64,000 bases of DNA from Caecitellus pseudoparvulus (taxonomy: Eukaryota > Protista > Bigyra: Bicosoecida). This document shows, piece after piece, positions 1 through 10,000 of this stretch (its first letter is position 1; every line of letters begins with the position of its first letter). The translations under genes and the position numbers were made by a program. The notes beneath the pieces were generated by a model that was not told where the DNA came from, did no database searches, and worked only from the letters and a program-made list of their open reading frames with translations. Location of the stretch: positions 186,001 to 250,000 of the forward strand of contig CBFFRQ010000081.1 in assembly GCA_965644315.1 (NCBI GenBank), given 5' to 3'.

Positions 1-365
1 CTGTCCCCGACGGCGACGACGACGGCGTGCCAGAGCTGGATGGCGTGCCAGATGGACTGCCCGTCGGTGTGCCGCTCACACTGCTCGTGGGTGTACCCGA
101 CACTGTCCCCGACGGTGACGACGACGGCGTGCCAGAGCTGGATGGCGTGCCAGATGGACTGCCCGTCGGTGTGCCGCTCACACTACTCGTGGGTGTACCC
201 GACACTGTCCCCGACGGTGACGACGACGGCGTGCCAGAGCTGGATGGCGTGCCAGATGGACTGCCCGTCGGTGTGCCGCTCACACTGCTCGTGGGTGTAC
301 CCGACACTGTCCCCGACGGTGACGACGACGGCGTGCCAGAGCTGGATGGCGTGCCAGATGGACTG
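1..365. repeat. 102-bp coding tandem repeat (~3.5 units visible, 34-aa S/T/P/G unit on minus strand)
   Basis: ctgtccccgacgg recurs at 1, 103, 205 and 307; the units are nearly identical. Confidence 0.95.
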
Positions 366-556
366 GATGTTGGTGAGGTTGAGGCGGTGGCACTCAGCTA
401 TCGAAGGGATGGACTATGGTTTACAGAGGTGACTTCTTGAGTATACGTTGTGTGGCTTGATTTTGTAGTTTGCAGCTCGACACTGTTGTTTGGCCCAAGC
501 GTTCTCTTTTCGCCAAGGGCAGAAGCAGCTGCTACACATAGGGCTAAAAGGAACAT
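1..556 (-). CDS. Secreted/surface Ser/Thr/Pro-rich mucin-like protein (partial, runs off left edge)
   Basis: ATG at 556 gives signal-peptide-like MFLLALCVAAASALG. The same frame continues past an in-frame TAG (398-400) into LSATASTSPTSSPSGTPSSSGTPSSSPSGTVSGTPT... tandem repeats. An upstream exon is possible (tcttgtgcag acceptor near 568). Confidence 0.6.
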
Positions 557-1526
557 CAGCACTAGGCCTGCACAAGACGATAAGAATACGTGGTGATCGT
601 GTGTGACTCGGCAGCCCGTAACTGGGGGAAGGCAATGGCGCCTGAAGGATGGAGACGGCAAACCGGAAACACCGACGGCAGCGCAAGTTCTTGCAGCAGC
701 GCGCTCGGCTCATCGAGAATGCCACTGGCTGGGTTCCCTGCCACTGGGGCGTGGAGCCGGCACACGAAAGGATACCACAAGCAATATGTAAGGGATACAG
801 TGCACAGCAAGCTGCTGGGGGCGCAGGCACTCTCTTGGTCATCTGCCTCACTGCACGTGAAACCATTCACCCGCGCACACCATACACCGTCCACGTACCT
901 GTGCTTCTCACGCGCCGCCACCCTCCACGGTGGGCCTTCAGCAAAGTCGGCATCTCAATGATACCGATGGTGCAAGGGGGCCTCTTGGATCTGCCCAGGT
1001 GGACGGGGCGAGGTGGGCCGGAATCACACGCGAACCTCGGAGCCCCGCGAGGTTTGGCACGTTCCTCCTTGTCTGTCCTTGTGGCGCCCCTGGCGACCTA
1101 CGTGGTCCAGGGGGTGCCAAGCAGACAACCGCACATTCACTCCATAGCAGCTCGGCCCTTCAAGCCTGTAGTTGGTCAGTTTTGCCGCGAAGGCGCTCCT
1201 CGTCACGGGTGCGCCGAGCCCCCCCCTCCCACCCCAAGGAACGGCGGCGCCTCGCTTTGCGGCCTCCCGAGTGCGCTGGGGCACACTGTTGCACTTTGCG
1301 AAAAGCACTTCGAGCAGCACACCAAACTTACTCCAACCCGCGTTATTCTCAATGTTGCCCCAACCTCCGAGCTCGACCTCCTGTTACCTGTTTTCGGGCG
1401 CGGTACCCGGAGCGGAAGTTGGCGTGGCGAGGAACGATCTGACCTACGGTACTCCATTGTCGGCCTCCTGGGATCGGAATACAACCAGGAAAGTCAGTCC
1501 CCTCACCCTTATCAGAGTCCGCTATC

Positions 1527-2116
1527 ATGGCATTTATATTTAGTCTGATCGCTTTCGGGCTCCTTCCAGTGCGTGCTGGGCGTCGAGGCAAGCTCGCATA
1601 TTGCCACGTGACCTCCTCCCACACCTGCCTTTCAGCTGGCGGTGGCACTCTTTTTCCTCGTCTCACTACCATTACCAAGATTCATTAACAAGTGGATCAC
1701 CTGGTTCACCGACAAGGTGCTTTTTTTCAAGTGCGTGTGCCTTTGAAGGGACATGTGAAACGCCCACGAAACGTCCCCGAACTGGCTTCCCCCGCAGGCT
1801 TCATGCACTCGTTGTGACGCTGCCCTTCATCGGAATCGTCATTCTCATTTCGGGTGTGACGCTGGTGGTGGCTATGCTGGGGGCTGCAGCGAAAGCAGAA
1901 GCCGTGGCAACTGCAAAGGCTGCTGGTCAGACGCAAGTGTCACACAGTCCCCTTGCCTTGAAGTGGCGTGAGGAGAGAAATGCCTGGTTGGCTGGATTCA
2001 ATCTCTTTGCTTGGCTCGCACTGTGGGCCCACTGCTCAGCCGTATCAGCGCTGAACGGTGGCACCGTGGGGCGTGCACGCGGGCGTGGGGACCAGGGGCA
2101 CGCACATCAGGAGTGA
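1527..2116 (+). CDS. BAP29/BAP31-like ER membrane protein (3 exons)
   Basis: Introns 1569-1635 and 1731-1797 (both 67 nt, GTGCGT...CAG) give MAFIFSLIAFGLLPLAVALFFLVSLPLPRF...KWREERNAWLAGFNLFAWLAL. Three hydrophobic helices plus the LPLP and R-x-x-RN-x-x-x-x-GF motifs of the Bap31 N-terminal family. Confidence 0.65.
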
Positions 2117-2286
2117 ATGCAGACGACCCAGCTGTGATGAATTGCACCTTTGCACTGGGAAGCAAGGGCAGACCATGCGAGCCCCGCGCCTGGGCACCTC
2201 GGCTGGTGCTTTGTGGCCCGCCTGCCGACTTCTTCCCTGGGCAGCAAGTCGTGCGCTTGAAGGCGTGATGCTCAGGGTGGACGCAG

Positions 2287-3084
2287 CTACGCAGAGCTTG
2301 GTACAAAAAAGTCATCATCTGCTCCACCTTCCTCGTCCAGGGCCACGTATGCCGCGTGGATGTCCGAGTGGATGGCCGCAATGAGGGCATCTGTAGCAAT
2401 GGCGATAATTCAGGGCCGTGCCAAACTATTGAAGGACAAGCCTTGCCGAGCGGTCCACGTCACATACCAAGACTATCGAAGTTCATCTCTGGCCGCAGGT
2501 AGCCTGTCACAACCAGCTTCAGCTGCTTCCCGTAGAAGTCTTCCTCGAAGTGAGCAAGCAGGTGAGGCTCCTGTGCACGGCCGACAGAAAAAAGTAGCTT
2601 CCCCAGCAAAGTGTTAATGAAGCAGTACTAGCACAACTTACAACAGTCTTTGTCTTGTTGCCATAAAAGGGGTTCCTGCGCACAGTGAGAGGTCGATTGA
2701 TGCGGAAATTGAAGATAGACACGAGCATCCCCTCACGGACCACCCGATGGACATGACCATCTTGCAAGGCACTTCTCCGTCCACACTAGCCCATCCATAG
2801 TAGACACCAGGGTTGAGGCCGTCAAGCTCTGCACCGAGGGTCTCGACCGGCAAATTTGCCGTGGGCACTCCAAGCTCCTTGCTTCCTCGCCCGAACCCCT
2901 TCACAACCTCGCCCTGCAAGCGCACAGGTGCACCCAGCTGCTCCTTGGCCGCGTAATCTAACATTTTCACTTTAAGCGCTTGTTGGGTTGCGAGGCTGAG
3001 CCCCCTGCCTTTGCTTCCTGGCTCGGTAGCTTCCTCCTCGACGGACCCGGTTACGGGGGTCTCTCTGTAACTTGAGGCTGCCAT
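2287..3084 (-). CDS. RFK: Riboflavin kinase (4 exons)
   Basis: GFGRGSKELGVPTANL, GVYYGWA, MVMSIGWNPFY, EPHLLAHFEEDFYG and GYLRPEMNFDSLDALIAAI join after removing introns 2676-2740, 2571-2641 and 2391-2467. Stop TAG at 2287-2289. Confidence 0.95.
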
Positions 3085-3464
3085 GAGGGCAAAGGGAGGC
3101 CGGGCTGGGCTGCGCTCTTGCGTGGGTAAGTATCAGCCTTTCTCTGGAACGAGGCAGGCACTTGTGACGAGGAAGCCGGGGGTCTGCCTTGGCCCGCAGA
3201 GTCTCGAGGCAATCAAATCTGTCCGTCTGTACCAAGTGTTGATGTGGTCATCCGAATTGCCTTTTCCTCCAGTCCACAGGATCTACATCGCACTCCAACT
3301 GGTAGTGTTCGACCAGCCCTTGTCATGCTTTCCGTCACAGCTGCGCGCGTGGCGCCCCGCCGTGCGTGAATTACGGCGTTTCAGGCGCGAAACGTGCGCG
3401 GCACGCCCCCAACGCCACCCGCCGCACAGTGCTTGGGCAGCCAGTCCCCCGTGCCTTGACGCGC

Positions 3465-4180
3465 ATGAGGTCTTCAGCTTGCTCAGTTCCATACCAAGTC
3501 TCAAGTATGTGATCCGCTTGCCGCCCTCCTTGCCATTTGCCTGACCCTTTCCTCGCGTGTTTTGCTCAGCCAAGCACCAGCGCCAAGCAGCCAACGCAGT
3601 CAAGGGCCTTTCCGGGGCCGCTGCGGTCTGGTTTGCTGCCTCCTCCATTGTTTCCAATGAAGGGGGAGCTGCTGCTCCCACTCCCCCCCTGGCGGAGGCT
3701 GGGGGGCCTGCTTTGGCAGGAGGGGCAGCTGCAGAAACCGCGGCTCCGCCATCACCTACTGCAGTGGAAGACCCGGACATCAAGGCTGCCAAGGCTGCTG
3801 CCGAGGAGGCCATGAAGAAGGCATCTGCCGCCATGTTTAAGATCGCGTCTTCAGAGTACGCTGGCCAGCTGAGCGTCGGCGCCCTCGCGGGTTTCTGCTC
3901 TGGCTACGCGCTGAAGAAGGTCGGCAAAGTTGCTGCTTTCGTCGGCGGCCTGGCCTTCATCGGCTTCCAAGTTGCTCGCTACAACGGAGTCGTAAAGTCC
4001 CCTGACTGGAAGGCTGTGGACAAGCAGTTTGTGGCTGCACTGGATGCGAACGGAGACGGCAAGGTTGACATGGAAGACGTCAGCTTGCACTTGCAAAAGC
4101 TGCAGGCGTATCTCTCCGTTGGCCTGCCCTCGTCCACCGCATTCGGCATTGCCTTCATTTTGGGCTTGCGGTACGGTTGA
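3465..4180 (+). CDS. FUN14-family mitochondrial outer membrane protein with EF-hand-like loop
   Basis: QLSVGALAGFCSGYALKKVGKVAAFVGGLAFIGFQVARYNG...DWK...FGIAFILGL is the FUN14 pattern; DANGDGKVDMED loop. Start inferred from ATG 3465 plus a 65-nt intron 3505-3569 with a CTGAC branch site. Confidence 0.85.
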
Positions 4181-4316
4181 AGTGGTGCCACCCTTGCGAC
4201 CCGCTCGAGCCAAGCAGGACTTGCGCTGGGGCTTTGTGAAGGACGAGGTCCGCAGCAACGGAATGCACAGCGCATACAATTGTGTTCTTTTCACTTCACT
4301 TGCATTCTGGTACCCC

Positions 4317-6245
4317 TCAGCTGCGCGGGGGAAATACTACACGTTTCACTGGGTTTGTCATTGTCACTTCTTCACCCTCAGCGTCATCAAGTGTTCGCCC
4401 AGCGAGGTGCGATCTCGAAAGGGCATCATCACTTTGGGCATCCTGGGCGACAGGCTTGACTTGACGTGAGGAGTAAGCTTTCCAGACAACGAAAGCGATG
4501 AAGAGTGTCCCTGCAGTGGCAGCAGCAGCAATGCCGATGATCGACGAGGGTGGCAAGCTCTCAGGAGTGTCCTTCACAGAGGCAGAGTTGCCATTCTGCT
4601 CATCGTTCTCAGTGCTTGCCGTGACTTCTCCTGAGGCTATGGATCCTTCGAAAACGGTTCCCCACTGCCCAGTAAGGCTGTTCTCTGAGGCTGCAGTTGA
4701 CTTAAGCACACTTGTCATGCTCCCATCTTGCATGGAGCGGTCGACAGAGGATGCCAACTCCTGGGCCTGGCCAGCATCCGAAGCATCGATGGTCACGTTG
4801 GCTTGGAGTGCATCTGCCTCCAGGCTTCGGCGCAAGGCAGCTGCTGTGCGCCCACATGGACTGATGACTACAACTCTCACAGCATCGACACTCACACCAG
4901 CCAGCCGTGCCACGACTCGTGCAAGGAATGCTTCGAGCGCAGCCGTCGAGCTCACACCTTGGCACCTTACACCTTGGACCACAAGCTTGATCTTCACGGC
5001 AGCTACTCCTGGGGTCGGAGCAGGCACAGAAGTAGCAAATGCTGTCGGTGAAGCAGATGGAAGTGAGCTTCTAGACGGCGTACTGGATGCAGAGGCAGAG
5101 GGGGGCATTGTCGCTGATGGCGACAAAGTTGGAGTTTGCGTCGGAAAAGCTGACGCCGTCGCGTTGCTGCTCGGCCAAGGCGATGGCACAGCTGACGCGT
5201 TGCTGCTCGGCCAAGGCGATGGCACAGCTGACGCTGACGCGTTGCTGCTTGGCCAAGGCGATGGCACAGCTGACGCTGACGCGTTGCTGCTTGAGTTGAA
5301 AGGAGATGCTGAAGCCGACGCTGTCGCGTTGCTGCTCGGCCAGGCCGATGGTGAAGCCGACGCCGTTGCGTTGCTGCTCGAGTTGACAGGAGATGCTGGA
5401 GCCGACGCTGTCGCGCTGCTGCTCGGCCAGGCCGATGGTGAAGCCGACGCCGTTGCGTTGCTGCTTGAGTTGAAAGGAGATGCTGAAGCCGACGCTGTCG
5501 CGTTGCTGCTCGGCCAAGGCGATGGCACAGCTGACGCTGACGCGTTGCTGCTCGGCCAAGGCGATGGCACAGCTGACGCTGACGCGTTGCTGCTCGGCCA
5601 AGGCGATGGCACAGCTGACGCTGACGCGTTGCTGCTCGACCAGGCCGATGGTGAAGCCGACGCTGACGCGTTGCCGCTTGTGTTGAAAGGAGATGCTGAA
5701 GCCGACGCTGTCGCGCTGCTGCTCGGCCAGGCCGATGGTGAAGCCGACGCTGACGCGTTGCCGCTTGTGTTGAAAGGCGATGGTGAAGTCGACGCTGTCA
5801 TGCTGCTGCTCGGCCAGGCCGATGGTGAAGCCGACGCCGTTGCGTTGCTGCTCGAGTTGACAGGAGATGCTGAAGCCGACGCTGTCGCGCTGCTGCTCGA
5901 CCAGGCCGATGGTGAAGCCGACGCTGACGCGTTGCCGCTTGTGTTGAAAGGCGATGGTGAAGTCGACGCTGTCATGCTGCTGCTCGGCCAGGCCGATGGT
6001 GAAGCCGACGCTGACGCGTTGCCGCTTGTGTTGAAAGGCGATGGTGAAGTCGACGCTGTCATGCTGCTGCTCGGCCAGGCCGATGGTGAAGCCGACGCTG
6101 ACGCGTTGCCGCTTGTGTTGAAAGGCGTGAAGCTTGAGGATGGGGACTCTTGCGGTGTTGGTGAAATAGTGCTCGTGGGGCTCGGTGTCGTTGTCGGGGC
6201 TGCCCGAGAAACTGCAAGTAACACAGCCAAGAGCAACCCCAGCTC
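4317..6245 (-). CDS. Mucin-like type I membrane glycoprotein (S/A/P/N repeats, SEA-like module, single TM, short tail); 5' exon not located
   Basis: Hydrophobic N-terminus LLAVLLAVSRA, ~330 aa of NASASASPSAWPSS repeats, an alpha/beta module containing RRSL, TM IIGIAAAATAGTLFIAFVVW, and a tail ending MTNPVKRVVFPPRS. ttactttgcag acceptor near 6245. Confidence 0.8.
   Translation of the reverse strand, partial: ELGLLLAVLLAVSRAAPTTTPSPTSTISPTPQESPSSSFTPFNTSGNASASASPSAWPSSSMTASTSPSPFNTSGNASASASPSAWPSSSMTASTSPSPFNTSGNASASASPSAWSSSSATASASASPVNSSSNATASASPSAWPSSSMTASTSPSPFNTSGNASASASPSAWPSSSATASASASPFNTSGNASASASPSAWSSSNASASAVPSPWPSSNASASAVPSPWPSSNASASAVPSPWPSSNATASASASPFNSSSNATASASPSAWPSSSATASAPASPVNSSSNATASASPSAWPSSNATASASASPFNSSSNASASAVPSPWPSSNASASAVPSPWPSSNASAVPSPWPSSNATASAFPTQTPTLSPSATMPPSASASSTPSRSSLPSASPTAFATSVPAPTPGVAAVKIKLVVQGVRCQGVSSTAALEAFLARVVARLAGVSVDAVRVVVISPCGRTAAALRRSLEADALQANVTIDASDAGQAQELASSVDRSMQDGSMTSVLKSTAASENSLTGQWGTVFEGSIASGEVTASTENDEQNGNSASVKDTPESLPPSSIIGIAAAATAGTLFIAFVVWKAYSSRQVKPVAQDAQSDDALSRSHLAGRTLDDAEGEEVTMTNPVKRVVFPPRS
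5150..6125. repeat. Composite coding minisatellite (42-bp and 45-bp subunits, 87-bp higher-order unit)
   Basis: Alternating SASASPSAWPSSS(M/A)T, ASTSPSPFNTSGNA and SASAVPSPWPSSNA units, near-identical at DNA level. Confidence 0.9.
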
Positions 6246-7066
6246 TGCAAAGTAAAAGGAGTGGAAGAAGGGTGTGCAAGCGGACTTTAGGGTTGTTGAG
6301 CATGCCCTAGGGCTTGTGGCGAGCTGGCAGGCCTTCTGCTGACGAAGGCTGTGCGAGTTGCCTCACACCAGCCAAGGTGCACCACGCCAAACAGCCAAGC
6401 ACCACGCTATCCGAACAAGGATCCGATAGTAGGCATTCACAACACTTGTAGCATAAAGCACAAGGATCAAACAAAACTTCTGGATCGCTCTGCTTGCTTG
6501 GCGTGCGTACAAGGCCCGGAGGGCATGCGAGGCTGGTGCCATTGCGCAGCGCCACGCACCGCCCAATCGTCGACGGCAAGGGGAGCCTTGCGCAGGCTTT
6601 CGCGAGAAAGCCATGTTGAAAATGGAGGGTTTCAGACTGGCGAAGATGATGCACTCGCGGGTGGCAAAGTCTCAGGTCTCTGGTGGCTTGAAGAAGGTGT
6701 GCAAGGTTGCACTTGCTGACTGCGGTTCCGGGAAAGCTTGCCTGTCGACAAGCACAGTCAGGGAAGAGGTTCCCAGACACAGAGAGCTAAAATACAACAT
6801 GTCAGCCCGTACCACTTGTGATGTCAAGACGTGGGAGTGCTGAAATGTCTCGGGTTATCTCAACTGCAGTCCGGAAGTAGGTTGCAGTTTTCCGCTATAG
6901 CCGCAGACGATGGAGGGGGGGTGGAGGGGGGTCACGGTTACGTCTCTTTTTGCTCAGCGGCCTGCGAAAGAGTTGGGCGGGAGGCGGAGTGTCAGCTTCG
7001 CTTCATGCTTGCATTTGCACCACGTCTTCACAGAACGCAAGCAGCAACCAGAAGTTTCTTCAAGGC

Positions 7067-10000
7067 TTACTCGGCAGGCGATGCTGTCTCGTCCGTGCTC
7101 GCTGCTGCTGCTGGTTGTGCTGCTTCCGCTTCGCCAGAAGATGGTGCAGCGGCTTCAGTAGTGCCAGCTGCGCCTTCGGCAGCAGCTTCCATCCCTTCGG
7201 CCGCTGGGGTTGTTGACTCTTCGGCTGCCTTGGTGGGGTCAGGCACAGAGAACAACTCAATGTGCTGTGCAAGGTAAGCTTCTCCAGAAGAGAACACCCA
7301 GTTTGCTGCTTGGTCCACTTTGTACTCCGCCTGCTCCAGTGCATGTAGGACGAGCCCTGCAGGATAACTACCACCAAGCATGTCCATGAGGTTCGAAAAA
7401 GTTGCCAGTTTCTCAGCATCAGCATCAGCTGAGGTAGCACCACCGCCTTCACCTGCTGCCTCGCTCGCTGGCTCAGCGACGGCTCCATCTCCAGCTGGCT
7501 CCGCTGCAGGTGCCTCCTCATCACAAGGTGAAGGCCCCAGCTTGGCGAGCTCCACTTTCAAGTCTTCGTACTTCTTCGTAAGCTCGGGGAGGTGTGATGC
7601 GTTGGTGGAGTCAGCCCCTTCCGCGATCCAGCCCTCAATGAGGTTCATGATGTACTTGCGCTTCAGTCTGAAATGCTCCTTGACAGCCTCCTCGAATCCT
7701 TGGGGTGGGTTCCTCAGTTGATCCAGCATGGCCCACGTGACTGTGCCACGTCGGAGCTTCTCATACCCACCATTGTCTGCGTACCTTACGAGTTCGTCAC
7801 CCTCCTTCGTGCCGCGTTGCCGCTCGTACCCTGGCTCATTGTATGCCGGCTCGGGAACCAAGATCAGCGCCTGGATGCTGACGAGCACCTGCAGCAGAGT
7901 GGAAGTGTCCTTGTTCCACTCTTCAGCCCGGCTGCCTCCCGACCACGTGCCCAACAGACTCAGGCACACTTTGCCGTTTGCGTACAGGTTGGGGTTGAAG
8001 CGGAACGATCCTCCACCTGTCGTGATGATCTTGCAATGTGGTGGAGCGTTCGGGTAGTCGGCGTGGCAGTAAATATCAAAGACGAAGGCCCCCGAGTCGT
8101 ATGGGGTGTTGTCGGGGCCGAAGATCAGCGCCTGCATGATGTACGGGCGGCGCTTGTCGTGGCGCAGCAGCACCGTGGACTCCCAGCTCAGAGGCAAGTT
8201 CTTCTTCATGGAGCGCAACTCGGCCTTGCAGCGCTTGGTCGTGGTGGCCTTCATGCTGCTGGCCTCCGAAGTGATGGAGCTGGAGAAGACGGAGCGGAAG
8301 CCTGACTTCAGCGAAAACGCCTCCGTCCCAAACGCGTGCTTCTTCATAGTTTCGCAGTACAGCTCCTTGAGGGCTGCACTATCACCTCCTGCACTTCCGA
8401 AGGCGGCCTCTGACGGGCAAGCTTCACCAGCCCCGGTTGCCGCGGGCAAGGCAGCTGCAGCTTGACGAGCCTCGTGCGCCGCCACCGCATTTTGTACGAT
8501 GGCCGACGTCGCTGAGAGCAGTGACATGACATTCACGTTTATGCTGTCATCCTTCAGGCCTGATCCAACAAGCCGCACGTGCTCTGCAGGTGCCGAGACC
8601 GTGGTGGCGCTTGTGGAGCCTGCAGCTTTGTCAATGGCTGCTCGGGTTGCATCCAGGGCCTCTTGAAAGGCGGCCTGGGAGATCGGTTCAGCGGCATCAA
8701 ACACATTAGCTTTTAACGCTTCCCCTGCCTCCATTTCCAGGTAGTCTGAAGCTGTATCACCCTGCTCCTTCATCAACTCGTGCACGCTCTGCCCTTGATC
8801 CGGGAGAGGTCCGAGCAGGTGCACGAGCTGCTCGTTCTGCGCCAAGCAAACAATCATGCTGTACACAGTCGCGTAGAATCCCGCTGCTCCGAAGATGTCC
8901 ATCTCAGTCGTTCGCAGGTACGCTTGCAAGACTGGGAGCAAGCACGACTTCTCTAGGCGCATGCTCGTGTCTTCGGGTAGGAGCTGCCCAGCTTCTCGGC
9001 CCTTGCGGGGCGGTGACAGGAGTGCCTTCACAACCTGCAACAGCTGGATGGACTTGACCTGCCGCTCCAGGCGTCTTGCAGCCGCAGCCGCCAACTCCGA
9101 CTCTGAATGTGTGCCGGCAGCACCTTCATAGCCATACCCTGTGCCCTTTGCCCAGAATTCCCCGTCTCCGTCCTCTTCCTTGCGGCGTGCAGCAGCCTCA
9201 GCCTTCGCTTCACGTGCAGCGTGGCGAGCAGCCACGACAGCAGTGTCTTCGAATTGCTCAACCCAAGCTTCATCTCGGGGACCTGTCGCCTGGAGCTGCC
9301 CCAGGCGTACCAGCAGCAAGTCCAAGGTGCCAGAGGACACGGCCTGCTCCCGCAAGCCAGCTGGCTGCAGCACTGCACCGTTGAAAAGCGACTCAAGCGC
9401 AGGCAGCAGCGTCCCGCTGGGATCAGCACAGGCTGCCTCCGAGGGGGAGGGCATGCTCTGAACAGATGCCGCGCCCAGGGTCAGAGCGTGCAGCAGCAGC
9501 GCCATGCAGTCCACGTCTGCAACGACACAGGAAGAAAAGCCTGGCAGGCCCAGGAAAGACTCCAGGCTGCGGAGAAATGCCAGCCATGCATCGCGCTTGA
9601 TGTCCTGTGGCTTCGTGGGAGCTGCACCGCCTTGCTTGTCATCCCCAGCGCTCATTTCACCCTGCCAGTCCAGGGTGGCGATGCGTCCACGAATGAGGGC
9701 CACCAAGCGCGGTAGCCCACCCGCTGATGCAATCCATTGGAAAATGGGGCTGTTACCAACGGTGTGGAAGGGTGTTTCGATGGACACGTCTCCAACGGCC
9801 CCTGTTGGGGCAAGGTCTCGGGGCTGCACGATGGCCACGCTCGGGCCTGGAAGGTCGGGAGATTCTGAGCCGTCGCTCCATGCAATGCTGTAAGTCAAGG
9901 ATAACAGGTCTGATCCCAAGCCTTCAGCGGCACTCGCGTGCTGAGGTCCCCCCTTGCTCTCGCTTGCACCGCCGTCTGCTGCCATGGGTACTGCGATGGT

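Noticed and set aside
398-400. Alternative genetic code (TAG reassignment)
   Set aside because: TAG terminates several conserved genes at the expected positions.
27-440. Plus-strand repetitive ORFs (PELDGVPDG..., MACQMDC...)
   Set aside because: Antisense shadows of the minus-strand S/T/P repeat.
649-1548. 299-aa plus-strand ORF
   Set aside because: No recognisable motif, and it overlaps the BAP31-like start out of frame. Long chance ORFs are common at this GC content.
4498-6303. 585-aa plus-strand and 410-aa alternative-frame ORFs over the mucin gene
   Set aside because: Stop-free frames generated by the tandem repeat.
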